DNA of 64,000 nt. It comes from Octopus vulgaris. Lineage: Eukaryota. The position numbers and the translations under genes were made by a program. The stretch spans positions 35,154,001 through 35,218,000 of the forward strand of contig OX597834.1 in assembly GCA_951406725.2 (NCBI GenBank), written 5' to 3'. This document shows positions 36,601 to 51,100 of this stretch, in pieces; within the stretch, counting starts at the first letter, position 1, and the number at the start of each line of letters is the position of its first letter. Below the pieces are notes generated by a model. The model had not been told where the DNA came from. It ran no database searches and saw only the letters and a list, made by a program, of their open reading frames with translations.

Positions 36601-38124
36601 GTTGTTGTTGTTAAAGGCTGCAAGCTGGTCAGAAGGCTTAGCAGCATTTTGTCTGTCTTCACGTTCTGTGTTCAAATTTCGCTGAGGTCAGCCTTTCCTT
36701 TTATCCTTTCGGGACTGATAAAGTAAATACCAGCTAAGCGCTGGGGTCGATGTTGTTAAAAGGTGGCAAGCTGGCAGAATCATTAGTGTTTCAGACAAAG
36801 TGCTTAGCAGCATTCCTTCCCACTCTTTACATCCTGAGTTCAAATCCTGCAGAGATCAACTTTGCCTTTCATCCTTTTTGGGGTCAGTAAAATAAAGATC
36901 CAGTCCACCTCTGGGGTCGATGAAATCAACTTGCTCGCCTCCCCTCAGAATTACTGGCTTTGTGTCAAAATTAGAAAGAATTATCCATATTATTATTATT
37001 TTCATTTTAGAAGGACAAAAAAAAAAATCTTTCATTTTCTACATATCTCTCGTGAAAGCTTAGAAGGAATTTGCGGAAGAAGAAGAAGAAGAAGAAGAAG
37101 AAGAAGAAGAAGAAGAAGAAGAAGAAGACAAACAGATGGAAATACACAAGAGAGGAAAGAAAAACAACGGAAGGTGAAAGAGAAGGAATAAAAAACGAGA
37201 GAAAGAGAAAATGCGAAAATGACAGGAAGACACGTCTTTAGTGCAAAAAAAATGTTAATGATAATAGTTTTGAAGTTTATGACTGCGATAATTGTTGAGA
37301 GACCCTGAGTCATGCGAGAAAGAATTCGAAAACACAAACAGCAAAAGAACAAATTTGTAAACAATTCTAAAATAACTGATTTATTCTAAGGAGTTTCAAT
37401 GTGGCAAAGTCATCATAAGAAGGAGAGTGTTCATAACGAGGAATGAGAAACCTGTAGATTAACTGCGAGCTTGGGTTGTCAGAACAAACAGTACTAGAGG
37501 AAGTAAATAAACCGAAATAGGTTATTGATGGTGCTGGTGGTTGTAAAGAAAGTTAAAAGACAGGCTGGGTGGAATACGTTGTAACCGAAAAACAAACAAA
37601 TAAGAACTGAAAAACAAACAAAAAAAATAAACAGAAAGCTACAGAAAAAAAAAACTAACCTTGCAATATGTCAAAACATTTTCTCAAGAAATGTAATCAA
37701 GTTTTCATGTATTTAGGGAAAGAATTTCATTTGTTGCTCCATTTTTTACCTTTTCTTTTCTTTTTTCTCTTTTTTTTCTTTCTTTGTTTATTAATATCGA
37801 AACTTGATCTGCAAACAGGGAGTTGACAAAAGTTGTAGCATGTCGGAATGTTGAGCTAAATCTCATCTTCATCATCATCATCATCATCATCATTATCATT
37901 ATCATCATCGTCCTGCTTATCATTTTCATTTTACATCTGTTTCTCTACACCAGCACAGGTTGGTTATGTCATCATTGGCTGTGTCTTCTCGTACACATTA
38001 CACCAACAAAGAATAATCAGTCGATTTCAAAGTGGTAAGTCATGTGTTGCCTGCATTTTTATCAGGTTGCCAGTAAAATTGATACACACATGACTGAGTA
38101 TATTCATTAGAGAAATAGAAAGAA

Positions 38125-38174
<50 letters not shown>

Positions 38175-38508
38175 AAGCAGAGAGGTGAGAAAGATAAAAT
38201 AACAACACAGAAAGATTTTTATCAAATGAAGAATTCTTATCTTGCTTCAGTCAGTTGCACTCTTTCAAAGTTAACTCAGAGTTTGTAAGACATTTGCATG
38301 TTGAGTATCGTCATCATCACTATTGTCATCATCATTTAATGTTCTATATTATGTGCTAGCAGGGTTTGGACAGTTCAACTGGAACCAAAGAACCAGAGGA
38401 CTGCAATAAGCTCTTGTGCCTACTTCACTATGGTTTCTACCATTGGATGCCATTCTTAACACAAATCCCTTTACAGAATGTACAGTGCTTTTTATGTGGC
38501 ACCAGCAC

Positions 38509-38542
<34 letters not shown>

Positions 38543-40269
38543 AAGTGTTTGTGTGTTTGTACATGTATGTTAAGCAGTGTACATGCTTACAGTTTGTACA
38601 TGCATGTTAAGTATGTTAAGCAGTGCTTCTTTGAGTCCAAAAGGGTGACTTAGCCAGTCAATAAATAGAGAGTGATAAAATAAGTACCAGAATGAAACTG
38701 AAACAAGTGCTGGTGTCAATATGATTGACTTAAAAACCAGTGAAGGCAATGCCTCGGCATGGCTGTAGTCCAATGATTGAAATTAGTAAAAGTTTAAAAA
38801 CGATTACTGCAGGCATCATCCCTGTACAACCCAGGCACCTTATGCTAGATATTCACTGCTTCTAGAAAACAGAAACTTCAAAAGGATCCTCTAGTGCATG
38901 CCACCTTCATAAAACTCAACACACAGAACCAGGTGCTATCTGGGGTTACAGTACACACAGTCAGTTGTCAGCTTTTTAGAAGTTTTTTTCATCATCATCA
39001 TCATCATCTAATGTCTGCTTTCCATGCTGACATGGGTTGAATGGTTTAAAAGGTGCTGGCCAGGCAGAGGACTGCACCAGACTTCTGTGTCTATTTTGGT
39101 ATGGTTTTTATGGCTGGATGCCCTTCCTAACACCAACCACCCCCAGAGTGGACCGAGTGCTTTTTATGTGGCACCAGAATGTAAATGAAAGTGAGTGTTG
39201 AAATTGTTTTAATCTTTCAGTATTCAAACTGGCCATCATCATCATCATCGTCATCATCGTTTAACGTCTGCTTTCCATGCTAGCATGGGTTGGATGATTT
39301 TGACTGAGGGCTGGTGAACCAGACAGCCGCACCAGGCTCCAGTCTTGATCTGGCAGAGTTTCTACAGCTGAATGCCCTTCCTAATGCCAACCACTCTGAG
39401 AGTGTAGTAGGTGCTTTTTACATGCCATCGGCACAGGGCCAGTCAGGCGGTACTGGCAATGACCTCGCTCAAATCTTTTTACACATGCCACCGGCACAGT
39501 TGCCAGTAAGGTGACGTTGGTAACGATCACAATCAATATTCACCCAAAATATTCCACCCGCTTTTATGTTCAAATTGGGCAAATCTGACCTCTCACACCA
39601 ACCCTACAAGGTCATTCTAAAAATAAACTACCACATTATCAAACTCTTGAAGCTACAAAATTAATTCAAAGCTTAATTAATTCAAAACAATTTGAATAAA
39701 TAAGCAGAACATTTGACAAAATAATCTGAATTCTAAGGGGTTAAAACTGAGTTGGCTGAACACATTGCAAGAGTACAACAGGGGTCGCCACCACCCCCTG
39801 CCGGAGCCTTGTGGAGCTTTTAGGTGTTTTTGCTCAATAAACACACACAACGCCTGGTCTGCGAATCGAAACTGCCATCCTCCGACTGCGAGTCCGCTGC
39901 CCTAACCACTGGGCTATTGCGCCTCCACTGGTACTCATTTTATCGATCCTAAAAGGAAGAAAGGCAAAGTGGACCTCAGCACAAAGCCTGCAATTGTTTT
40001 CTAGATGGAGGGGTTAGTTTATGGCATTGAAACTCAGTGCTTGACTGCATTAAATTGCACGTGAAAAGATGAAAGGCAAAGTCGACCTTGGAAAATAATT
40101 TTTGCTGCTGCTGCTGGCTTCGTCGCCATAGTTGTTGTTGTTGTTATTGTTGTTGTAACAGTCTGTCAAGATTGTCCAATAACCTCGTCTGTAACTGCTA
40201 CAATTCTGCTAATACAACAGTTAATTCAATCACGGGTTAGAAAGAAGAACAGGTTGACAAGACTGAAAC

Positions 40270-42060
40270 CTACACACACACACACACACACACATACACA
40301 CACACACATAGATATATGTGTACATAGGCACCACTCAGATACACATGCACTTACACACAGAGCAAGACATACAAGCAGCTATACATACACACACATATAC
40401 AAAGCTATACACACACACACACAGACACACACAGCTATGCATGCACAGACACACACAAAGCTATACACACACACACACACAGCTATGCATGCACAGACAC
40501 ACACAAAGCTATACACACACACACACACACAGACACACACAGCTATGCATGCACAGACACACACAAAGCTATACACACACACACACACAGACACACACAG
40601 CTATGCATGCACAGACACACACAAAGCTATACACACACACACACATACACACACAGCTATGCATGCACAGACACACACAAAGCTATACACACACACACAC
40701 ACATACATACACACATGCATGCATGCACAGACACACACAAAGCTATACACACACACACATACATACACACACAGCTATGCATGCACATACACACACAAAG
40801 CATATATACACACACACACACATACACACACAGCTATACATGCACAGATACACACATACATACACAGCAATGCATACACACAGAGCTACACATACACACA
40901 GCTATACATGCACACACACAAAGCTATGCACACACACGCACATATTTTTATATGCACACATACGTATAGAAGATGCATGTACACACAGCTATACAAGTGC
41001 ACATACATACCTACATTTGTGCATGAACACACAGCTATACACACACACATGCACTCATAGACAGTTACGCACATACATAGCTGTATACACACAGCTGTAC
41101 ACATACAACTATACATGCATGAACAGACAGACACACACACACACATATACATACATGCACACACACACATATGAAGAAGCACATGCATGCTTATACATAC
41201 ACATACACACACATGCACTTAAACACAACAGGATACAGTTGTTGCAAGCATGCATACACTGCTGCACGACACACACAAGTATACATACACACATATATAT
41301 GCGCTCTCACCGATACACATATACACACACTCTTGCACAATTCCCTAAAATCACATGTACATGTAGACACGTGATTTTTACATACACGTGGACTTATACA
41401 TGCACGTGCTCTCAGATGCACTTGTACATACACACATATATACATATATATATTACTCACATACATACATACATACATACATACATACATACATACATAC
41501 GTGCATACATACATACATACATACATGCATACATACATACATACATACATACATACATACATACGTGCATACATACATACATACATACATACGTGCATAC
41601 ATACATACATACATACATGCATGCATGCATGCATGCACACATACATACATACATACATACATACATACATGCATACGTGCATACATACATACATACATAT
41701 ATACGTGCATACATACATACATACATACGTGCATACATACAAACATACGTGCATACATACATACATACGTGCATACATACATACATACATACACACATAC
41801 ATGCATACATACATATATAGATACACACATTTTGTACATTTGCATGCACACTGACACAGCTATATGTGTGCAAGAGCTCACTAGGACACACACACAAACA
41901 CACACACGCATACACAAACACACACACACACGAACTTATGTACACACACACACATAATTCCACACAATTATATGCACACAACCATAGTTGTACATGTATG
42001 CATGTACATATATGTGCACACACACACACACACACACTCATACATACCTATATATATACA

Positions 42061-42092
<32 letters not shown>

Positions 42093-42120
42093 AAAAAATT
42101 GTGTGTGTGTGTGTGTGTGT
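40270..42120. repeat. Compound CA/TACA microsatellite with an embedded ~45-bp higher-order unit
   Basis: ACAGCTATGCATGCACAGACACACACAAAGCTATACACAC repeated ~7 times (40400-40800), then (TACA)n at 41460-41815. Confidence 0.95.
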
Positions 42121-43105
42121 GTGGCTTAGTGGTTAGGGCATTGCACTAATGATCGTATGGTTGTGATTTCAAATCCTGGACTCGGCAGTGCATTGTGTTC
42201 TTGAGCAAGACACTTCACATTGCCCAGCTGGCAAAAGCAAATAGTTGAATAATTCTGCAATGGACTGGCATCCCATTCAGGGGTAATATATATGCCACAG
42301 AATCTGGGGGAACTGATTTTATGAGCCTATGGCTCAAGAATGACCTTTCGTCCTTTCGATGTATATATTGTTGCTATTATGTTAAACTGTCGCATGTCCA
42401 AATTCAGCCAAATGCATTCTCTTTTGCTCTTTTACTTGTTTCAGTCATTTGACTGCGGCCATGCTGGAGTACCGCCTTTAATCGAGCAACTCAACCCTCA
42501 GGACTTATTCTTTGTAAGCCCAGTACTTATTCTATCGGTCTCTTTTGCCGAACCACTAAGTGACGGGGACGTAAACACACCAGCATCGGTTGTCAAGCAA
42601 TGCTAGGGGGACATACACAGACACACAAACACACACACACATATATATATATATATACATATATACGACAGGCTTCTTTCAGTTTCCTGTCTACCAAGTC
42701 GACTCACAAGGTTTTGGTCAGCCCAAGGCCATAGTAGAAGACACTTGCCCAAGGTGCCATGCAGTGGGACTGAACCCAGTACCATGTGGTTGGGAAGCAA
42801 GCTTCTTACCACGCAGCCATATACACACACACTGTACTCACGTACACTAAAATGCACACACTGCATAAACGTATGCACTCTTAGTTTCCTTGAATTGTTA
42901 CTGTACACTTTCACACACACACACACACACACACCTGCTTGCACTCACGTGCGCATATGCATTTGTACATGCATACATACATACACATAGTTGTTTATTC
43001 ACACATGCACGTGTACTTACACATAGTTGCTTACACACATACACAGATACAACAAAAACAAAAAACAACAAAGAACTAATCTGTTCACATTTTGTTTGCA
43101 CACAC

Positions 43106-43142
<37 letters not shown>

Positions 43143-43699
43143 TTTTGTTTCTCTTTCCTCTGTTGCTTCTCTTTCTCGCTTCTTGCTCTTTACACTATTT
43201 CTTCCTCTCTCTCTCTCTCTCCCTCTCTCACTCTCACTCTCTCTCTCTCTCTCTCACCATTTCACTCCCTTCGCTTCTCATTTCTCTTAGTAATTTCACT
43301 TTTTCTCTTCTCTATCAATCTCTCTCTCTTTCTCTCAATCTCTCCTTGTCTATCTTTCCCTTCTCGCCCTTTTACTGACTACATCTGTCATTCTCTCTCT
43401 CTCTCTCTCTCTCTTTCAATATCTGTCTAGCAATCACTGCTTTCCTCTCTCTCTTTCTCCCTCTCTCTCACTCTGTCTATCTATCACTGCTTTCTTCTCT
43501 CTCTCTCTCTCTCTCTCACTATCTGTTTAGCTATCACTGCTTTCCTCTCTCTCTCTCTTACTCCTTTCCTCTCATTGTCTCTATCTATCACTCCCTCTAC
43601 TCCCCCCTCTTTCTCCTTTAAACTGTTGCCAGGTTATGCAAGATCTGTTTTTACCCAGAATGCCTCACACTTCCTTCCAGTCATGGTGGCTACCAATAA

Positions 43700-44070
43700 C
43701 GTTTTCTACAGTCACCACCACCACCACCACCACCATCACCGCAGCGACCACTGCATCACTACCACAATACCAATACCACACCAGTTCCACCACCGTTGTC
43801 ACCTCCACCATCACCACAAACCTCACTGCACCATTACCATCATTGCACCACACTACAGCCAACATCAGTACATGGACTGCAGCCACCACCACCATCACCA
43901 CTACCACCACTACCACCACTATCACCACTACTACAACTACTACTGCTAGTGCTGCTGTTACCACCACCACCACCACTACTACTACTACCACAACCACCAT
44001 CATCACCATCACCACCACCACCACCATTGCACTACTACCTCCACCATCACCACCACCACCACCACCACTA

Positions 44071-44103
<33 letters not shown>

Positions 44104-44183
44104 CACAACCACCATCATCACCATCACCACCACCACCACCATTGCACTACTACCTCCACCATCACCACCACCACCACTGGTAT

Positions 44184-44216
<33 letters not shown>

Positions 44217-44500
44217 CACCACCACCATCACTACTACTGCTGTTGCTGCACCAGTAGCAGTAGCATTGTAGCCTTGACAACCACAAGTACTAGAACCACC
44301 ACTACAGTCACTACAACTATCACCTCTACTGCAACAGCCTCTACCGTACTAGTACCACCACTACATAACTGCAGCTTCTACAACATCTCTACAGCCTCTA
44401 CTACCACCACCACACCACTACAGCTGCTACCAAACTACAACAACTTTTGTCACACTGCTGCAATGACTACCACATTGCTACATCCCATACTGTGTTAGTA
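43700..44500. repeat. (ACC/ACT)n trinucleotide low-complexity tract
   Basis: Mixed ACC/ACT/ATC triplets with an internal duplication. Similar tract at 50890-51290. Confidence 0.9.
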
Positions 44501-44634
44501 CTTCTCTCACTACAACCAGTGCTACATCCCAACAGCCTCTACCATATCAGCACCACTACCACAGGCACCTCTACAGCTTTCACTCGACGACCACATTTAT
44601 GCTACAGCATCCAACAGTCATTAATGACCAGGGA

Positions 44635-44862
44635 TGAAGGTTCTGGTTCTGCTTTCTACTGGAACCGTGTTATCTGTGGCTGACCAGTATGATGTGCAAA
44701 TGGCAATCTCCGTCATTCACATAAGGTGCAGCAATTGTGGGCTGCCCCAGGGCTGTTTGAGTTGTGGTTCTCTTTTCTGTGGAGTGGGAGCACCAAGCAG
44801 TGATGAGTATAAATGCAGTGTTATTTATTGCCAGTCGAAATATGCTGGTGACACATTTGGAC
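44635..44862 (-). mobile_element. Possible degenerate RTE LINE 3' end
   Basis: Minus strand translates ...EKR...DGDCHLHIILVSHR*, resembling the RTE C-terminal RDCHSRIGLxSH motif. A RLRHVWTH (RLRWxGH-like) segment lies on the far side of the 18S array (~45330-45355). Confidence 0.4.
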
Positions 44863-45325
44863 TGGTCCTGGAGATTAGATCCGGTTCTTGAGCCAGTCGT
44901 GGCTTCACCATTTGTTTATGGCATGGCTTAAGCTTTTGAGACAAGCATATGACTACTGGCATGATCAACCAGGTATGGTCCCAAGGATTAGGTCCAGTTC
45001 CTGATCCATTCATGGCTTCACCATTCATTTACAGCATGAACTTACACTTACATGGCTTAAGTTTTGAGACAAACATATGACTACTGGCAGGATCAAACAG
45101 GTATGGTCCCAAGGATTAGATCCGGTTCCTGAGCCATTCATGGCTTCACCATTTGTTTACGGCATGAACTTACACTTGCATGGCTTAAGTTTTGAGACAA
45201 ACATATTACTACTGGCAGGATCAACCCGGTATGGTCCTGAGGATTAAGTCTGGTTCCTGAACCATTTGCAGTTTTACTGTTCACTTACGGCTTTGAGACA
45301 GGCATATGACTACTGGCAGGATCAA
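44863..45325 (-). pseudogene. Tandem array of four 18S rRNA 5'-end fragments (128-bp unit)
   Basis: Minus strand TACCTGGTTGATCCTGCCAGTAGTCATATGCTTGTCTCAAA..TTAAGCCATGCA..GGTGAA..GAATGGCTCA is the universal 18S start. Units at 44863-44975, 44976-45103, 45104-45231 and 45232-45325; the outer two carry deletions. Confidence 0.93.
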
Positions 45326-47812
45326 TGTGTCCAAACGTGCCTCAATCTTATTTGAACTGGTAATGACATGTGGATCTGCTTTACTTGTCCTTTGTATGAT
45401 CCGGGATCACCAGCTCAGACTGTTTTACCATGTTACTTGATTTTCAAAGATAGACCCTGCTTATCATGTCCTCTTCACTGAGGATCTTACTGGGTTGACA
45501 GCTTGTGTTAATTGACACCATTCCATGCGGTCATGGCAGATAAGCATGTATCCTGCAAAGATGGGGACCAACTGGGACTCTGCTCGATGGGTTGCCTACA
45601 AGGACCCGGAAATATACCAACAAATGGTGAATGCTGCAACGTTCTGCAACAGTGTCTGTTCCCACACCTGACCTGATCTTCCTTTCTTCCACTGTATTCA
45701 TCGATTTCTCTAGTATAGGATGACCAATAGGACCCAAGCCTGGGCAGCATGGAACGGAGGACAGGTTGTTGTCCATGTAGTGCATCCCACTTTGTCCACA
45801 TCACTGATGGATCCAAAGGAACAAGCATTGTTACAGTTTACCACTGTCCCAACACATCTCTGTCATCAGCTGACTATCACTCTCTTTATCCCCAGCTCAC
45901 TTTCCTCCATTTTCCAACTGGGGTATCCATTTATCTATTCTACAGCAAGACACCTGTATCTGTCCCCTTTATACCTTAAATCTCTCAACTGGAACAAAGC
46001 CACATACCCTCAGTACTACTCCCCCACGCCCAGATGAGGAGTTTTTGTCATGCAAGGTACTGGTGACTCTGTTGGTGCTGGTGCCACATGAAAGAAAAAA
46101 CACCTGTAAAAAGCATCCAGCACACTCTGTAAAATGATTGGCATTAGGAAGGGCCTCCAGTTGTAGAAACTATGCCAAATCAGACTGTGGAACCTGGTGT
46201 GGTTCCTGGCTTTGCTAGTTCCTCTCAAGCCATCCAACCCATGCCAGCATGGAAAATGAACGTTAAATGATGATGATTATGATGATGAAGATGATGATTG
46301 CAGCTCTGGTTGCCAGAAGGAGATTGTAGACAATGTTGTACTGCTTCAGGGGCCTCAACTCTCAATTTTTCCCACAAGATTTACTCCTGAAGCCATGGCA
46401 GAGTATGGTCACAGAAGTTTGGAATCAGGGGTTTTCCTTCTCCTCGTGGGTTGATAATCCCACTACCACCACCACACACACACACACCCTGACCAAGCTA
46501 ATGAGCTCAATCTGCTCAGCTGACTTTCTAATTAACCAATAGTTGAGACCCTGACAGTCGCTACTACTCCGGGTCAGAGTAGTAGCAATTTTAAAACCCT
46601 GGAACACCTCAACCAGGGACCCACAATTAGATGCAGTTTAACCCTTCAGCACTCAGATTATTTTCTCAAATGTAACCCTTATCTATCCACATTGTTTTGA
46701 ATTAATCATGCATTATCTTGTAACTTCAAGATTTCGATGATGTGATTGTTTATTTTTAGATGAGCTTGTAGGGTCAGTGTGAGAGGCCAGATATGGTCAG
46801 TTTGAACATAAAATGGATGGACTATTTGGGTCAGATATGGCGGGTTCAAAATGCTAAAGAGTTAAAATCATGCTCAGGGCTTACTGTCACCTTACTACAG
46901 GGTGTCCCCCAAATCACTGATGGGTTTCAAATTTTAATAACTTCCTTAACTTTACAAATAAATGCATAGAATGTTGATACACACACACACACTTCATTTA
47001 AGTATATATGAACATGTCTAGATAGGCAAGTGTATGCATGAGAAGACATACATAAAGCAAAACATATACAAATCTGCACCTACACATACATACATACATA
47101 CATACATACATACATACATACATACATACATACAAACATACATACATGCATGCATGCATGCATGCATACATACGTACATACATACATACATACATACATA
47201 CATACATACATACCCACATACATACATACATACATACATACCCTGTTGTTGATGTTGAAATTCCAATGAAGGAGACTTGGATCTAGGTTAGAAATCGGCT
47301 CTTTCTCTATTGACAAGAAATCTTGAAATAAAACTGAATAATGACTTGCACACACACACACAAGTAAGCACACACGCACATGGCTTTGGTGAATCGCTTA
47401 TACAAGGGAGATAACTCTACTTTCTCTATTTTTTCGTTGAACTTGTCTTAGCAAATTTCTCCGAGATTGTGTTTTGAAACAAGCATCGTTGAAAGAATCA
47501 TATGAAGCCATTTGATGATACACAGATTAAATTACTTTCATCTCACAAGGCCAGCCAACCCCAGAGCTCAATTGGTAATTAGTTTATTGACCCCGAAAAT
47601 ATGAAATACAAAATTGACCCACAAACTTCGCTCTGTGCACGGTTTTACGACGTATGAGCAGGCGTGGCTGCGTGGTAAGATGCTTGCTTCCCAACCACAT
47701 GGTTCCAAGTTCAGTTCCACTGTATGGGACCTGGGGCAAGTGGCTTCTACTTTAGCCTCTGGTCAACTAAAGCCTTGTGAGTGGATTTGGTAGACAGAAA
47801 CTGAAACTGAAA

Positions 47813-48034
47813 GGCGGCGAGTTGGCAGAAACGTTAGCACACTGGGCGAAATGCTTAGCAGTATTTCGTCTGCTGTTACATTCTGAGTTCAAATTCCGCC
47901 AAGGTTGACTTTGCCTTTCATCCTTTCAAGGTCAATAAATTAAGCACCAGTTACGCACTGGGGTCGATGTAATCGACTTAATTCCTATGTCTGTCCTCTC
48001 TGTGTTTAGCCCCTTGTGGGCAATAAAGAAATAA
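47813..48034 (+). mobile_element. SINE family A nested inside a family B SINE (47660-48360)
   Basis: Complete family A copy flanked by the duplication GAAACTGAAA (47803-47812 and 48035-48044), interrupting the family B consensus. Confidence 0.85.
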
Positions 48035-48054
48035 GAAACTGAAAGAAGCTCGCC

Positions 48055-48118
<64 letters not shown>

Positions 48119-51100
48119 ATATGTATATGTGTATATGTATATGTATATATATGTATATGTTTGTGTGTCTGCGTTTTTCCCCATCACCATCGCTTGACAA
48201 CCCATGTTGGTGTATATCCTCGTAACTTAGGGGTTTGGCAAAAGACATTGGTAGAATAAGTACTAGGCTTACAAAGAATAAGTCCTGGGGTCAATTCATT
48301 CAACTAAAGGGGGTGCTCCAACATGGCCGCAGTCAAATGACTGAAACCAGTGAAAGAATTAAGGAATAAAAGAATATATATGGGCACAGGCTTAGCTGTG
48401 TGGTTGAGAAGCAAGGTTCTCAACCATGTGCTCTGAAGTTCAATCTTACTGAAAATATCTCCTATGATAGAACTGGGCCAATCAAAGCCATGTGATTTGA
48501 TTTCATAAACGCAAACTGAAAGAGTCCGTTGTGTGTGTGCATGTGTTTTTTTAATTAAGATGTAAACTGTTAATATATGAATGCGGAAGAGAAAGTTGAA
48601 CAACTTTAAACCTACTTTTAGGCCACCCTGTATATCAACCCTGGGCCAATCAAAGCTTTGTGAGTGGATTTGATAAATGAAAACTGAAAGAAGTCCATTG
48701 TGTGTGTGTGTTTGTGTGTGTGCTTGAATGAACATTGTTTTACGTCTGCTTCCCATGCTGGTAATTGTTGGACAAGTCATGACTGTAGTTAAGAAGCCTC
48801 CCACTGCATGGCCTTAGCCCTGGGCCAACCAAAATAATTAGAGTGGATTTTGAAGATGGAAACTGAAAGAAGCCTATGACATGTATGTGTGTATATATTC
48901 ATATGTATATGTGTGTGTGTGCATGTATATATATTGTGTGTTTGCTTCTCTTCGCATGCAGGTACACAAACACACACGGTAGTTGTAAATGAGTAACACC
49001 ATCATACAAGCGGTGTTGTTTGTTTTTAGTCTTACCTGATCATAAGTAAATATTACTTTGCTTGGCAAACTGTAATGGTTGGCAACAGGAAGGGTATCTG
49101 GACATAGAAAAATCTACCTCATCAAATTCTTTCCGACCCGTGGTAGCATGAAAAACAGTGGATACGAAAGCCATGCTAATGATGACGATGATTATATATT
49201 TATTTTTTTATTGCCTGCAGAGGGGCGGGGTCTAAACATAGAGGGGACAACACAAGGACAGACAAAGGAATTAAGTCGATTACATCGATCCTGCTGATTA
49301 ACAGGTACTGAAAGAATTTTTTCTACTCTAGGCACAAGGCCCCCAATTTTTGTTTTTGGTGGGGGCATTTAATTAGATCGATCCCAGTGCACAACTGGTA
49401 CTTAATTTATCGACCCCTAATGGATGAAAGGCAAAGCTGACCTCAGTGGAATTTGAACTCAGAACATAAAGACAGATGAAATACCACAAAGCATTTTTCC
49501 CAGCGTGCTAACGTTTCTGCCAGCTTGCCACCTTAGTAACCAATGAATATTTCTTTATTGCCCACAGGAGGATAAACATAGAGGGTACAGACAAGGTCAT
49601 ACAAAGGGATTAAGTCGATTACATTGACTCCAGTGCATAACTGGTACTTATTTAATCGACCCCGAAAGGATGAAGGATAAGTTGACTTCAGCAGAATTTG
49701 AACTCAGAACGTAAATTTGAAGGAATAGTTTAGGTGCAGGAGTGGCTATGTGGTAAGTAGCTTGTTTACCTACCACGTGGTTCTGGGTTCAGTCCTACTG
49801 CGTGGCACCTTGGGCAAGTGTCTTCTACTATAGCCTCGGGCTGACCAAAGCCTTGTGAGTGGATTTGGTAGACGGAAACTGAAAGAAGCCCGTCGTGTAT
49901 ATGTGTATATATATATATGTATGTGTGTGTGTATATGTCTGTGTTTGTTCCCCCAACATCACTTGAAAACCGATGGTGGTGTGTTTACGTCCCCGTAATT
50001 TAGTGGTTTGGCAAAAGAGACCGATAGAATAAGTACTAGGCTCGATTTGCTCAACTAAAGGTGGTGTTCCAGCATGGCCACAGTCAAATGACTGAAACAA
50101 GTAAAAGAGTAAAGAGTACAGACAATTGATGGTTTAAGCAGGAGCAGCTGAGGATAAGCATATTAAAAGGGGTCTGTGGGAAAACTCATTTAAATAAAAG
50201 GGTCGGGGAACCATTCCTGGGAACCACTGTGAAAAGGTTGGGAACCACTGTACTATAAACATTGTATAAATGGATACTAACTACAAGATATTGTTATTAT
50301 ACTATGTGATTAAAATAACAGGTTACTCACCGAATGGTTGCACATTCAATTCCTTCAGATGGTAACTGTGTGTTTAAGGTCCCTGGCAGGGCCGTTTGCT
50401 TTTGTGCTGTCACATGTTATCTTCAAAATAAAGTAGACCCCATTCCTATTGCACTGTTCTGGTTTATATCAACCACTGCTAAAACTTACCTGCTCCAGAA
50501 TTATAAAAATTTGTAGACCTATCAAACCCACGTTATTATCATGATAAAAAAAAATACTATTTGATATATTATAATTTGATAAATTATAAAATATTACATA
50601 TTTGATGTATTACAATTTCATGAATTATAAAATAAATAAATTAATTAATTAGTAGAATGATAAATGAGAAAAAGTCCCAGTCTATTTTAGGAGTTTATGT
50701 GTGTTTAACGTAACATGAATTTCAATGTCCTCAGGTTGTTGTGTTAGCATATGAATGACATATACGTGTTATGACATACGCATGTTTCTATAAAGACTCA
50801 ACCGAGTGACACTTGTCCTTAAGTCGACTGAGGCAGCTTATTATCGTAATTCCCCCATGATGTGTCCGACAATATACCTCTGCAACCACAGACACCACCA
50901 CCACCACCACCACCATCACCACCACCACCACTGCCACCACCGCCACCACCACTGCCATCACCACAACCACCACCACTGCCATCGCCACAACCACCACCTC
51001 CTCCTCCACCACGACTGCCACTACCTTCAATATCACTACCAGAAATGACAGCAACCACCACCACCATTGCCATCACCACAACCACTATTACCGCCCCCAC

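Noticed and set aside
40254-42093. 500-aa and 268-aa His/Thr-rich ORFs
   Set aside because: CA/TACA repeats lack stop codons; open in several frames and on both strands.
43575-44498. Mucin-like Thr/Pro/His ORFs (also 50788-51338)
   Set aside because: Trinucleotide repeats open in several frames, with no signal peptide or splice support.
44863-45325. Functional 18S rRNA gene
   Set aside because: Only the first ~125 nt are present, tandemly repeated and mutated.
45749-45979. RNase H-like ITDGSK word
   Set aside because: Isolated six-residue match with no further RNase H motifs.
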